NCBI RefSeq assembly: GCF_009914755.1
Contig: NC_060926.1
DNA length: 64,000 bases
Strand: one strand, 5' to 3'
Origin: the human T2T-CHM13v2.0 reference genome, Homo sapiens
Numbering within the stretch: the first letter of the stretch is position 1; every line of letters starts with the position of its first letter. The translations under genes were made by a program, and so were the position numbers. Of the stretch, positions 38,323-53,415 are shown one piece after another. The notes below the pieces were generated by a model, which saw only the letters and a program-made list of their open reading frames with translations, was not told the DNA's origin and did not search any database.

Positions 38323-40115
38323 ATTCTAGAATTTAATTGTTCCTCTTTGTCAACCTGAGAATGCATTTAGATAATTTGGTGCCAAAATCCAAATGACCAA
38401 AAATGCCAGAAATGCAGATGAAAGCACTCTATTAATTCTAGACTTTTGGGATTATCATTTTTCAAAGGTGTTTCCTGCCCAGTTTTAAATGTCTGGTGCT
38501 GCAAATGACAAGCAAACAACTTTGTCAATAGACTGCTTATGTTCCTTACTCTGTTCTCAAAGTGACAAAGTACCTTGATTCTAGCAGTGATTCTCCATCC
38601 TGCTTTAGTGTTGGGTTTCCACTGTGACCGTTAACTGCTGAAACTGAGCCCAAAGCCCTTGGTCACACGATCTGAGCATTGCAAGAGGCACCAAGAGGTA
38701 ACTCATCCTTCTGCCTCGAGGAAGGGTGAACTGTGCCCAAATATTTCCGGATGGATAATTTTGTATCCTAATCAGAGCAGAAAAACTAAGGAGTGGGAAT
38801 TTCCTTCAGAAACCTTTTTGCATATTTTCTGACTATTTCTATGCTAATGTAATTGCAAGAGCAAATAAATGCCCTGAAGTGTACATTGGCAGTGCCTCCC
38901 ACATAGCCAAATTAGTACACACCCTGGATTAGTCATCTAGGTTTTACAGATTCGTTAATTTACCTGAGAAAATTCCTTTTATGGGTTAAACAACCCCATA
39001 GAATATAACCGTTTTATTTTATATTAATCATCATTTCCATTCCCAGTATTTTTCCAACTGTCCCCTCTTGTCAACTTCCCTCTCCATTCTTTCCTTTCGC
39101 ATTTTTTATGAGTCTTCTTTCTCTTTTGCCTGTTGTCCACACTCCACCCTGGGAAATGCTGCCATTAAACTCAAAGTTTAGCTCACTACCTTGGCATCAT
39201 TTTTTCCTGACCTATATTCTATTGGATGCCGAATTTTGTAATTAATGCTTCAAAAATGACTCCTGAATCGTCTCTCTTTTCAGTTCTGTTGCAACTATCG
39301 TACTTCAGCCTTTTATTATGTTTTGCTTGGATATAAATTAGCTCCCTCTCTTCTTCTGTCCTTGCTTTGGTTTCTCTCTAGCTTCCAAGCATCCTATGTG
39401 CCGCTGCCAGAGCGGCCTCCAAATAAAGCACAGCTTGCACTTGACCCTACATTCAAACCTTCACTGGTTCCACACTTTCTGCTGGATGGCGTCCAAACCC
39501 CTTGACGGGGCTCTCTCTTTCCCCACTGTCAACACACACCTTATCCCTCAATTCCAACCGACCTTTCTAGCTATACCATTTTTTTTTTTATTATGGATGG
39601 CAGTCTTGCTAAACGATGCAAAATTTCCTCAACACACACTAAATTTCCTATTAATTTCTGTTAATTTAATATTTACCTATTGAAATTAAACTCTTCCAAT
39701 TCCTAGTCCACCAACCAACCAATTATAACAGCAGCTATATTTAATTGTGCATTCCTAACACGTCAAGACCATACTGAACATCCTATATACATAATCTCTA
39801 ATCCTCACCCTATACTAGGAAGTCATTATTATCACCAATTCACGTGTGAGGAAACTGACATTGATGGTACTGAGAGCTGCTGCACTGTCTTCAGTCCAGA
39901 AATTCTTCTTGGGTGAAAAGACTTTACTCCAGTAGTGGAATAGAAACTTGAGTGAGTGTTAAGGATCAGATTTATGCTAAGTATAGAAATATGAAGAAGA
40001 AAGATGAGGTGGAAAAGGAAGAGAATGGGATGAAAGAGGAGAAGAGGAGAAAGAGAAAGAAAGGAGAGATGAAAAAGATGAAAGACCCTTCCAGTAGAGA
40101 ATATTATTTGGTATA

Positions 40116-40548
40116 CAGTTGGCCCTTGAGCAATGTAGGGATTTGGAGTGCTGACCCACTGTGTAGTCAAAAATCAATGTGTAACTTTTAATTCTTCCAG
40201 AACCTAACTACTAACAGCTTACTGTTGATCAGAAGCCCTACTGATAACAATCAATTAACACATATTTTGTATGTTATACGCATTATATACTCTGTTCTTG
40301 GAATAAAATAAGGTAGAGAAAAGAAAATGTTTTTGAGAAAATAAGGAAAACAAAATATATTTACTGTTCATTAAGATGAAGTAGATCATCAAGAAGTTCT
40401 TCATCCTCATTGTCTTCACACTGAGGAGCCACAGGAGGAGGAAGAAGAGGAGGGCTTGGTCTTGCTATCTAAGAATTATGGAGGCAGAAAAAATCCATGT
40501 ATAAGTGAACCCATGCAGTTCAAACTTGTGTTGTTCAAGGTTTAACTA
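40116..40548. mobile_element. Tigger2a (MER28)-like non-autonomous DNA transposon, full length
   Basis: TIRs CAGTTGGCCCTTGAGCAA / TTGTTCAAGGTTTAACTA, TA on both sides, about 433 bp. Confidence 0.88.
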
Positions 40549-40860
40549 TAATTGATTTTTGACAAAATTTAATTAAAGTCATGAGAGTAACATCTTAGTA
40601 TCCTCATACACAGTATGCAATATCTTCATACACAGTGTGCAAACTGCTCTGTGCTCATGGGTAAGAGAGCTCAAGAGATATGTCTTGTTTAGGAATTAAG
40701 ATGGAAACCAGTCAAATAATTTTTTTTCAGACACGTTAATAATATAATGAAACTAGGTTATTTTACACATTTCTAACACTCTATACCATACACCTGTATA
40801 TATTTTCTCAACTTTGTATTTGTCAATTTGTTTATAATTTTGTAACACTTTTTGATGTTT

Positions 40861-41153
40861 TATTATTTTTTTTGAAATGGAGTCTTGCTCTGTCACCCAG
40901 GCTGGAATGCAATGGCACCATCTCAGCTCACTGCAACCTCCGTCCCCGGGTTCAAATGATTCTCCCGCCTCAGCCTCCCGAGTAGCTGGGATTACAGGCA
41001 CCCGCCATCATGCCTAGCTAATTTTTGTATTTTTGTAAAAACAAGGTTTCATCATGTTGGCCAGGCTGGTCTTGAACTCCTGACCTCAGGTGATCCGCCC
41101 ACCTCGGCCTTCCAAAGTGCTGGGATTACAGACGTGAGCCACCGCACCCAGCC
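40861..41153 (-). mobile_element. AluSx-like
   Basis: Full dimer; TTATTATT on both flanks. Confidence 0.93.
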
Positions 41154-43334
41154 TTATTATTAACTTCCAACTGAGATAGACTTTTGTAATATATTCTGAT
41201 TTTGAACAACCTACAGTAGACATTTGTAAAATATATTGTTAATTTAAATTTTTTTTAAAAAATGAAACTCTCCAAATGTGCTCCATGGGAGTTAGGCTGA
41301 TACAACTAGAAACTACAGAATGATTTGGCCTTGGATTTCACTCATTAAGAGAGAGCTGCCAACTTGTCCTCACCAACAGGGCAGTGAGTTTGCTTCACTT
41401 TTGTTTGGCTATCAGTACAGAAGTCAAGGCTGTCTGTAGTCTTTGTACAACTCAGGATAGTTCTTTCGTTTGAGGACAAGGCTGTCATCTGATTCTTTCC
41501 TGGAATCTGGAGGTGATAAAATAGATATGGACTAACAAGAAAGCAAGTAATGAAAAGAAATTGAGAAATGCATTTTAATGATGATTCTTATAGACTAATT
41601 CATAGTTATTGTTAGTTGGCATATAGACCTTTTTGGCTGGCTAAATGATAGATGTGATAAACTTTAAATTTTTTCTAATTCCAGAATGTTTTATATCTTT
41701 TGAGGTATGTTATTTCAAACTGGATGATCCTGTAACATTTGGTTTAAATTTTTTTGAGGTCTTTTCAATTACCATGAAGAGTATAATTAATTTTGTAAGA
41801 TTTAATTAGTCACATGAGCAGCATCCTGGTTTTGTCATAGGCAGAGGACAATCAGTGCTCTGTGCTCCTAGATAAGAAGAAATAGCTCAAGAGATGTGTC
41901 TTTGAGGAGAAATTATTTAGGAATTAGAGTGGAATAATGGAGTTGGATGCCTCAGTGTATTTCAGAGGAGTACATCCATTCTGCCCCTGGGGTTCATCTT
42001 CTCTCTTTTGCTCTCTGCCTCTGTCTTTTCTTGTTCCATGCTAGCAGAAAGCTCCCAGATTACAAAGCTTGTGTCTTCCTCTTTAGTAACTGTCCCTGCC
42101 ATTGTTAATAGAAGAGGGGTCAAATGAGTCTTGATTAATGAATCCCCATTGCCTCCTTCCTACCTCTCTCAAGTTCTGTGATCTTGATTCAATGTTAAAT
42201 TGGTGTCCCTGTGTCCCTAAATGGCTCGTTTAATAGGGTGAAATTTAGCTAGTTTAAATGTAAATACTGCATCTTCCCCCCCTGTCCCAACACTACTGTG
42301 ATGTGCACAAGAACAATATAGAAGAGTTATATTAATGGTAATTAAAGTCTTATTTTTTCAAACTTCCTTATTTTTTTAAAAATATAAGCAGCTATTATCT
42401 TTATAACCAAAGTTTAAACATTATTTAAAATTATTTTGAAAGTTCATGGTAGATAAAGTACTCAAAATAGATTTCCTGCTTCTAGATGTTTATGTAGTGT
42501 TGTAAATGGTGGGCTCTGATCTTTGCTGACGTGTTTCACTTGATCAACTCTACCAATATTATCAGCAGTACAAATATAACTCTCCAAATAGCATTTAATG
42601 TCTAGCCAGGAAAATGGAAATCACCCTCAACCTTTCAAAGAGAAGGAATTAAATATGGAGAATTGATCACTCAGATGATGAAAAACAGAGAAGTGAAACG
42701 GAGCAACCCGGATGTACATCAGGAACTCAGAAATTCAATGTGGGTGAAGCAGCCCAGAGATTATACTTCAGGGAGCTCTAATTTCTCCTGGACTGGAAGG
42801 ACATCAGATGAATGTGTGGTTACCAGAAACCACAAACTAGACTGAGGTGAGAACCAGAACCATGATGAGGGTGGCCCAGTGATTGCTGGGGACAAGAGGT
42901 TGTGGGGAGGCGTGCCGCCTAGCAGGAGTGGAAACCATGAAGGGGAGACATGGGCACCATCAGAGATTCCTTGGAGATTCCAAGGAGAGAGGGGAAGGAA
43001 TACCCTAACTTCTCCCTGAAAGGAAATAAAAGCTGTTGGTATAACAAAATCTTGTCTGTGTCCTTTAAAGACTCTTTCTGTATTATGACTGTGTGGGCAG
43101 AAATCAGCAGTGAGTTAAATGGAGTTATGCTGAAAGAGGCATTCATGGTGCTATAAGACCAGAGTAAGCAGAAGGACTGGCTCATCATATATAATATTTA
43201 CCAATGGGGTAATATAATGATGTCTTCTTATTAGCCTTCTTTTTACATTATACCATAATGATTTAATGTAAATCATGAAAGGATGATTTGTGCCATCTCA
43301 TCTGTCACTTTATAACATAGAGAATGGAAAGTTA

Positions 43335-43560
43335 ATAATAACAGCTGGTATTTTTTTCATAATTTTTATTATGAAAGAGAAAACTCTTCTCTAAGAGCTT
43401 TCCATGTATTAATGCTTTTAATTCTCAAAACAACCTCATGCATTACTATCTGCCCATTCTGTGGAAGAGAAAATTGAGGCACAGAGAGTTTAGCTAATAG
43501 GCATACAGATGACATAGTTGTATCTGGGGGTACTAGAAGTAGCCTTAGTAACCAGCTCTG
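43335..43560 (-). mobile_element. MIR
   Basis: TTTAATTCTCAAAACAACCTCATG..CCCATT..GAAAATTGAGGCACAGAGAG. Confidence 0.7.
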
Positions 43561-44538
43561 CAATGTCATTTTTGCCACAAAGAAGGTCTTCATATAACTT
43601 TTCTAATATGAAACATTGTTTATTCTAGGCATAATCTATATGCCAGCACTCTAAACCAAGACCATCTTGTTTTCCCTGTACCAACAGCCTCTGGACTCGT
43701 CCCCTCATTCCCATTCTCATCCTCTTCAGCCAATGTTCCTCAGAGCAGCCAGAATAGGTTTTTGAAAACAGCTTTTTTTCTGAGTCCTCTGATGTTTTCC
43801 CATCTTTAGTTAGTAAAGTATATATTACTTAAAAGTACTGTACAGTGGGTTTTTACTGGATAGGTGTAGCCAGGTGTGTTTGGAGTGCTGTTGATACCCT
43901 GATGAGGCTGGCCAGTCATTTATTTACCCACCCATCTCCTCTTGGAGGGACATTGTCTTTACCTCTCTTATACTTAGGCCTTGGGCAAGATCTATAACTG
44001 AGTCAGAAAAGTCATCCTGAAATTATAGTACACCTTTTGTTTATGAGAAGAGCATTGGCCCTTTGGCAGCAGAGAGCTCCAGGCTTATGTTAGACTCAGT
44101 TCACCCCTGGAGACCCCCTGAGGGTTTGCAAGTCTGCTGGCAGAGTAATGGCTGTTTTGTAATGTCTGTCAATGGTGCTATTTGTTTTGGCCTTTTGTGG
44201 AAAAGTTCACTGGGCAGCCAGAACAACAAAGGGCAGTCCTAGGACTAGAGTTGGAAGAGCCAGCTGGGGTGAATCTCTAAGTGATAGAGAGGATATAGGG
44301 CAAAGGAAACTGGCCAGTGACACAGATGAGCTAAATTTCACAACTAACTTGCTTATATTTGAACAAATAGCAAAAGCTAGAAAGCCTCAACATGCTGGGA
44401 GAAAGTTTCCGTCCCTTGGGTGCTTTACATGTTATCCCTGTGGCAATGAATCATGCTAGGATTTCAACCAAACTGCTACTCTTAACTAGCAAGACTATCT
44501 TAGGTGTTTCATATGTGTGATTAAGAAATAATGGACAA

Positions 44539-44891
<353 letters not shown>

Positions 44892-46096
44892 TCATTCATA
44901 TTTCTAAGAAATACAAAAGAAAGATTAATTGGTATAAAAATATAAGGAGTATTTATCAACTGCTGAATAAAAAGCATATTAAAATATCTTAGGAAAAAAC
45001 TTTATATTTTTCTCATAGACTAGGTATACCCAGTCAAAATTACCCAAGAAAAAGTGTTTGATTTGTAATTCCTTCATGAAGGTGGCAAAGGTGGGCTATG
45101 CATGAGGACCACAATGTTATAAGTTTTCATATTTTAATACAAATAATTTGTCATAATTTTGCCCAAGACGTCATTGAATACAAAGTATATTGAGTCCTAT
45201 GGGTGCTGTAAAAGAACTTTGGAGCCTCTTTTATTGCTTCAGATTTTATGCAGCCAAAATAATTATTGAAGACATTTCAGCCTGTCTTTTTTCATTTCAA
45301 AGGTCATTCACACTGACTTCTGGCATTGGCTTCATGCAAGACATCATTAATTATATGTGCTATAAAATGTTAACTATCCCTTCAAATATCTCAATAATGT
45401 CCATGTGTATTTAACTATGTATTTTTTATCTGAAGCAATTAAAAATACCTCTTAAGTGAAGAAAAAACTCCTGTGTTTTATTGCACCTTGCATTTTAAGA
45501 CATTACAATCTAGTACCTCATAAATATTTGTCCTTTTTAAATCATTGCCCGGAAATAAGTTTGTCTAACTTTTTCCATAAAGTTAAAGTTGCAGAGGTCA
45601 AATTTTGTAGATGCTACAAATAACTTTCTTCCGTGAATAATCACAAGCTCATGCAACTGGAAAGATCTTTAAGGAATGTCACAGTTGAGCCTGAATCTCT
45701 ATGGGTACACTACATACTGACAGTTATTTTATTGTTCAGACCCCCTGAGACAGACTATCTAGAGTCTTGCCATGGTAACCTGTCTAATGTTAAGTCATCC
45801 TTTTTTTTCTATAAAGCTTATATGATGCCTAATTTATGTTACTGAAAATTATGACTCTTTCATGGTTTTGCTATTGCAATACAGAACAGCTGATCAAAAA
45901 ACGTATTATGACAATGATTACAAAATGAAAAGTGAGCAGAAGCTAAGGTTTGGTGACGTTTTGCTATTTCAGATGTTTTAATGCTTTTGAATATTGGTAT
46001 TGAAATGTCAGATATTTATTTGAAAAAAATTAAAAGAAGGATAATGGGGAACATTCTTCTGACAAATGACTGAAATTCCTACCTCAACACTAAGCT

Positions 46097-46258
46097 TATT
46101 TTTATTTTTTGAGACAGGGTCTCACCCTGATGCCTAGGCTGGAGTGGTGTGGGGCAATCATAGCTTACCACAGCCTTGAACTCTTGAGCTCAAGCAACCC
46201 TTCTGCCTCAGTCTCCCAAGTAGCTGAGACTACAGCACATGCCACTATGCCTGCCTAA
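46097..46258 (-). mobile_element. FRAM / AluJ right arm
   Basis: Single right monomer. Confidence 0.85.
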
Positions 46259-46811
46259 TAACCTCATTTTATATCTAGTGTTGATCTGATAACATAACTC
46301 TTTTCTCAGTAGGAGTCCTCTATTTCTTAAATTAGCTATAAATCTCCATGTTCTTTCCGATGGGTTAAGAGTAGCTCACATTTGAAGCATGAGGTGTCTG
46401 AAAATAAAATCAAATGTACTCAACAGTGTGTAAAGCAGCTTCTAGACTAAAGGCTGTCATTGGAACTGTGCTATATATTGTAAGCAGTGACCAAGAGACT
46501 AAGAGACTGCATTCAGGCTACTAATTATATGGAAAAGTTAAATCCTTCCTTCTTCTTGAAATTTATACTAAAAAAATACGTCACCTTTGATTCTTTAAAA
46601 ATGTGAAAATTGCAAGTTTTTTTAAAAAGCTATCATCAAAGAAAATACAATATAAAAAATTACAGTGGGATAATTTTATCTCTATATATTTCTTTTGTCT
46701 AGAATGGAGGTACAAACTTTCTCTCCTAAAGTTCGGTAAATCTAGAATGATCAGTTTTGCGGAATCCAGGCATTGACTGTAATTACATGTTGGTATTTTG
46801 ACGGCATGGAC

Positions 46812-47200
46812 TCTTAGGTTGAGTTACTGAGAAGCTGACCCTGAGATAAGAATTCATGTGTTAATATTTGTGATTTATTCAGGATGTACTCTTGGGTGAA
46901 GAAGTAGGACTGAGAAGGCAAACGAAGACAAATGGGAGACATTTCAGGTAGATTCTCAGCCTCACAGTGATTCCACAGGGAATATATATTATGTCTCAGA
47001 TTTGTCCCTCTTTGAGGCAAAGACTGGGCTGTTAAACTCCCATACAAGTCAGTACTTGGCTGTGGGTTTCCCCAGGAATGTAGTGTCTCAGGCACTTCTG
47101 CTTCTCTGTAAAGAGTACAAGTGCAGAAGGTCAGCACTCAGAAGGCAGCTCAAGGCCAGTTGTCTGAAGAGGGGACCCCAGGAGATCAGGGTGGGTACCA
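46812..47200. mobile_element. Degenerate MLT1 (J/K-like) LTR
   Basis: TAGGTTGAGTTACTGAGAAGCTGACCCTGAGATAAGAATTCATGTG start motif. Confidence 0.55.
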
Positions 47201-48419
47201 GGAATATGCCCACACAACTGTCACAAATCTGCATTTAAGTTTAGAAATATGATTCTCCATGTTTTACTGAGCCAAAAGGTCTGTGGTAAGGTTCAACATG
47301 GATGCCGAGTTTACAAGTCTAATGGTGCATTTAGAGGTTGGGCATTTTCAAAGAAACTGTGATTCAAAGTTGGAATGTGGGCTGCTGGTGGGGAATCCTC
47401 AGGTGTATGTGATCAGAAGTATAAAGAAGAGGAGACTACAAGTTCTGTAAAATTTTGAAGTACAAGGAAGGAAAGGAAAAAAAAATTAAGAGAAACCCAG
47501 AACACATTCATCATGGAAGGATGCTTAGCTCAGGTAAACTGTGTTGTTAGTTGCCCAGGCTCCAGACGAAGGTTGGTCAGAAAACTCTCAGCTCACATTT
47601 GGAACTACTAGAACAGTTTCCATTTGAGCTCAGTGAACTTGACTTGCGCCCCAGGTTGGAAAGGACCCTGGCTCTCTAAGGGCCTAGGAGATCTGTGGAA
47701 GTAAAACTCAGAGGAGGCCTGTGATGATGGTAGGCCGAGCAAGAAAGAACATCGACCCCTGGGTCAAGGCCAAAGGAGAGGCCAGCTGCCTCCAAGGGAA
47801 ATAAAAGTGAAGCCATCCAAGAACACATGGTTTAAGACTTTAAACCTGTGCCAAGTTTACTGAAGAATGTGAGACTGTGTACTTGCAAATTACCTCAACA
47901 CTATATAATTTGTATGCTGAAATCTTCTCTCACTGTGAGAGATTCAGAGCCTTAGAATCTTTCAACCTATGATTCCGTGATCCTAAATGAGTCGTGTATG
48001 TCAACGCATCCCGAGGATACTACGTTGCGAACAGCACCAGGACTGGGTGCTGCTGAGAAGAAAAGTGAAAAAAGAAAAAGATAGTGATTCACCCTTTGTG
48101 GTGCTGGAGGGAGCTCTCTTGCCATTGTGACTACACAGAAACTTGTCCACAGTATCAGAAGGAACCCATGAAGGAGAGACTTCTATTCACACCTTGCACT
48201 TGGGTGCCCCATTAGGACATTGTATGTCTTTCAGTCACATTTTCATGCTGGCAAACTTTTTTATTTTTAATTCACAGCAGGTAATAATTATAAGTCTTCA
48301 ACAGAGTTACATGATAAGCTTTCTTTTTCTAAATTCTAGAATAATCTATTTTTAATATTAAGAAATAACAGAAAGCAAATAAAGCAAAACCCTCAATGAT
48401 GGTATTTTTACTTCCATTT

Positions 48420-49465
48420 CATCTTTTTAGAGCAGTTTTGGGGTCATGGCAAACTTAGGAGAAAGGCACAGAGATTTCTCACATAATTCCTGACCCCACA
48501 TATGTGCAGTCTTCCCAGTTTTCAACATTACCCGTCAGAGTGGTACATTTGTTATAAATGATAAACTCACACCGACACATCATAACTACTCACAGATCAT
48601 AGTTTACATTAGGGCTCACACTTACTTTTGTACAGTCTATGGGTTTCAACAAGTGTAAAAAAACATATATTCATCATTATAGTTTCATACAGAGTAGTTG
48701 CACTGCCTCAAGAGTCCTCTGAGCTTCACCTACTTATCACTCCCTTCCCAATAACCCTAGGCAGCCACTGCTCTTTTTATTATCTCCATGGTTTTGCCTT
48801 TTCCAGATGGCATAGTCTTGAAACCATACAGTATATAAGCTTTTTAGATTGTCTTCTTTCACTTAATAATTTGCAATTACGTTTCCTCCATGTCTTTTCA
48901 TGGCTTGATAGCTCATTTCTTTTTAGCCCTGAATAATATTCCATTGTCTGGATGAACCACAGTTTATTAATCCTTGCACCTACAATGGACATCTTGGTTG
49001 CTTCCAAGCTTTGGCAATTGTGAATAAAGCTACTACAAACACCTGTGTGCAGGTTTCTGTATGGACATAGTTTTCAATTCCTTTGGGTAAATATATACTA
49101 AGGATCACAATTGCTGAGTCATAAGGTAAGGGTATATTTAGTTTTATAAGAAACCACCACAGTTTTCCAAAATGGCTGTACCATTTTGGATTCCCAGCAG
49201 CAACTAATGAGCGTTTCTATTGCTCCACATCCTCACCAGCAATTGGTGTTATCAGTGTTCCAGATTTGGGCATTATAATAGGCATATCATGGTATCTCAA
49301 TGTTGTTTTAATTTGCATTTTTCTGATTACATATGATATAGATCATCTTCTCATATGTTTACTTGCTATCAGTATACCTTTGTTGGTGAGGTGTCTGTTA
49401 TGGTGTTTGGCCCATTTTAAAATCAGGTTGTTTTCTTATTGTTGAGTTTTAAGAGTTCTTGATAT
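48420..49465 (-). mobile_element. L1MC-like 3' fragment
   Basis: TTTTAGAGCAGTTTT..CAGAGTGGTACATTTGTTA..CATAGTTTACATTAGGG..GGACATCTTGGTTGCTTCCAAG. Confidence 0.88.
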
Positions 49466-50521
49466 TCTGTTTCATTTTTGTACCCAAGAAAATAAGTATC
49501 ACTTGGGTTGCAAGAGCTATGCCATCCTCTTAATGATACTATTCTTTATGAAGTTGGCACAGATGCTGGTTCAAGGAGAACATTTCTTGCATAATGACCA
49601 GAAGATTATGAATTCACACATTTTTCTTTAATGTTCCAAAAAGGGGCAGACTATGCAATTTCTTCCCTGGAAAGTTGTAATTAGACTCAATCCCTCTTCC
49701 TCCCTCATAAAAGATACTCCAAAAATGTTTCATTCTTTTAAAAATATATATTATGGAAAACTTTAAACATATACAAAAAGAAAGAGAACAGTTTAATAAT
49801 AATATGCTGTGTCCCTGTTCCCAAGTTTCAACAATTATGGACAATCTTGTTTCATTTATACCCTCATCTGCTTCCCTTGTTACTTGCTAGATTATTTTGA
49901 AGCAAATCTCAGGTATAATTTCACCTATAAATATTTCAGTGTGCATAAAAGATGGGATCCTTCACAAAACATAACCACAATATAATTTTCACATATAAAA
50001 ATACAAATAATTATTTAATATCTTCAAAGATTCAATCAGTATTTACATTTTCCCATTGTTTCGCTCTGTCACTCAACTTCTTTGTTGTAATCAGGATCTA
50101 AAGAAGATTCATACATTGTAATTGGTCAACATGCCTTTTGAGTCTCTTTTAATCTATAGTTTCCCTTCTACTTTATCTCTTACAGATTGGAAGTTAGATT
50201 TAGAGGGTTGATAATTCAAGTTTGATTTTTTCTTTTTAGGTTACTACATAGGTGGAGTCACAATCTTCCTTTGGTGACAAACACTATCAAGTTTTTTCTT
50301 TTTCTGATGTTAGGAGCTGTTGGTGATAGTCGCTTAGATTTATATTTCATTAGAGGGTCATACAATGATGATATTTTAATTCTATTATTCTCTTTACATT
50401 TATTATCCAGAATATATTAATAAAGAGAAATTTCTCCCATGAATTCTTCGGTTACCCAGCAGTAGAACTTTTAGAAGAAAGTCTACAAAAATAATTGATT
50501 TTCCCCCTTTTATCAGTTTTC

Positions 50522-50838
<317 letters not shown>

Positions 50839-51350
50839 ACCAGTTTTCAGATAATGCATTGGCTCCCTGGAATTCTCTAAGGATAATGAATGAGTTTTTT
50901 TGTTTTGTTTTGTTTTAAAAACATATACAAAACATATTTTAAACCACTGGTGTTACTATTCTGCTTGATGCTCATACTGTCTCATCTTTGACTAATGGAA
51001 ACAGACCACTCCAAGATGACTTGCAAGTTATTTTGATACTTCTGCCTGTTTTCTGTCATCAAATGATGCTCCATTTTTATCTTGCAACTTTTCTGTCCCA
51101 CTCCTACAAGGAACCACTTCTCCAAAGAGCCCTGGTTCTTTTCAGTGGGAAAGGCATTTGGAGACCACAATATTGGCATTGCTGTGTTCATTGTATTATG
51201 CGTTGGTCATTGTTTCTCAGCCATTGCAGTTTATAGAACAAGGAAATATGTTTTTAAATTTTGGAGATAAAACATTTTTTGAATTCATACACATATTTCC
51301 TGTTCAATTTTAAGATGACAGGAATTTTATCAAATGTTAGGTAGGTATGT

Positions 51351-51657
51351 ATTTTATTTATTTATTTATTTTTGAGAAGAGGGTCTTGCCCCATCACTCA
51401 GACTTGAGTGAAGTAGTGTAATCACTGCTCACTGCAGCCTCAACCTCCTGGGCTCAAAGGATCCTCCCACCTCAGCCTCCTGAATAGCTGGTACTGGAGG
51501 TGCATGCCACTACACCTGGCTAATTTTTGTATTTTTTGTAGAGATGGGTTTTCGCCATGGTGCCCAGGATGGTCTTGAACTCCTGGGCTCAAGTGATCTG
51601 CCTGCCTCAGCCTCCTGAAGTGTTGCAATTACAGGCATGGGCCATCTCGCACAGCCT
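51351..51657 (-). mobile_element. AluJ
   Basis: Diverged dimer. Confidence 0.9.
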
Positions 51658-53009
51658 ACAACATTTATTGATGTTATATCTGTATCTCCTTTATGCCATG
51701 TCCAAAATCTTGATTTTTAAGGACATCATTATAATTACTCCTTTGCCTTGAAACCATATGCTCACATAGCGGCCATGGAATATAATGCCTACAACACCAC
51801 AGGTACCATCAATAAGGTTACAGAAAATGGTGTTTGTTTTAAAGAAGGTTCTTTTTACCCTTAAAGTATGTCTCTAGGAATACAGAGTCAAAACGTTATG
51901 CTTTAAATCCATTTAGAACAGATCTTGCCTGATAGTTAATATTTTTGGATGGTAATATTCACTGTTGATGTGCAGCAAATGGACTTTCATGTCTATTTGT
52001 GAAATTTTAAATTAGTATAGTTTACCTCGATTTTGAGTTTACAGCACAAAAAAGTAAGAGCCTTACATTTTTATATTCTTTAATTCAGTAATTCTATTTT
52101 TAAAAAATTATATTAAGAATAACATGAAATATGGTAAAAACATTCACATGAAAGAATGTTCATTAAGTTTATTTATAACACAAATGAGAAACACCCTAAA
52201 AACAGAACAATAGGAAAATGATTATGGATCATAGGAAAAGTGGAATGTTATGCAGCATTAAAAATCAGGTCTGCCATGAAGAATTTTAATGGCAGAGGAA
52301 ATGCTCATAATATGATATTCAAAACATGGACCCAAAAGTCTCTATATAGTATTACCTCAATCTAGTGACAATATGCATAGAAAAATGACTGGAGGGTAAT
52401 AAACCAAAATATGAACAGTGTGTTAACTTTTTAATATTTATGTTATGTTATAGTTTTACTTATAATGTGCATTTTGCAATTTTTAATAAAATAAGACAAA
52501 ACATAAACTGTAATTAATTCAAAAATAGGAGACAATAAGTGTAAAATATCTATTCTTGAGTTGAAAAATGACTTTTATAAAAATCATTAAAAACTCTTAG
52601 ACAAAAAAATTTGGCCATGTAAAATGAAAAACTTCATTAAGTAAAAAATAAAATTAAAAGATAAATACAAAATTTAATTACTATTTACGTTATTCATAAT
52701 AGCATAATACTATTAATTCAGCAAGGAAAAAACCAAGACCCAGTGGGAGAAAATAAGTAAAATACAGTGTATAAAAGTAATTCAAATGATCAATAAACGT
52801 AAGAAAAACTCTCACAGAAACCTAACATATGATAATTTCTTCACTTTAAAGATGAGGAAAAGGAAGATCAAAAAGGTCATATCATTTGCTTACATAAACA
52901 GTGATGAAATTCAGATTCAACCTTGGAACTTTGGATCTCATGCCCTGTCACAAACGGGACTTAGGAAACCAACTGGCTTTCATCTAGGTATGACTTCTTC
53001 TGGCTTACT

Positions 53010-53415
53010 TCCTTTTTCCCCAGCTTTATTCAAGCACAATTGACAAATAAAAATGTTATATATTTAAGATGTACAGCAAGACGTTTTCATGTCTGTATAC
53101 ACTGTGAAATAATTACCATTTTCTAGTATACAATCTGGTATTATTAACTATAGCCAGTATGGTATACATTAGATCTCTAAAACTTATTTATCCTGCATAA
53201 CTAAACTTTTTACCCTTTGACCGACATTTCTGCCAACACACCCCTCCCAGCCCCTGGCAACCACCATTCTACTCTTGACTTTATGAGTTTTTGGATTCTA
53301 CATATAACTGAGATCATGCAGTATTTGTCTTTCTGTGTCTGGCTCATTTCACTTAGCTTAATGTCCTCCAGGTTTATCCATGTTTGCAAAAGGCAGGATT
53401 TTCTCCTTCTTAAGG
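53010..53415 (-). mobile_element. L1MA/MB 3' end
   Basis: AATTGACAAATAAAAATGTTATATATTTAAGATGTACA..CCCCTGGCAACCACCATTCTACTCT..GAGATCATGCAGTATTTGTCTTTCTGTG. Confidence 0.85.

Noticed and set aside
39952-40191. Lys/Glu-rich 79-aa ORF
   Set aside because: Purine-rich low-complexity tract running into Tigger2a; no splice or homology support
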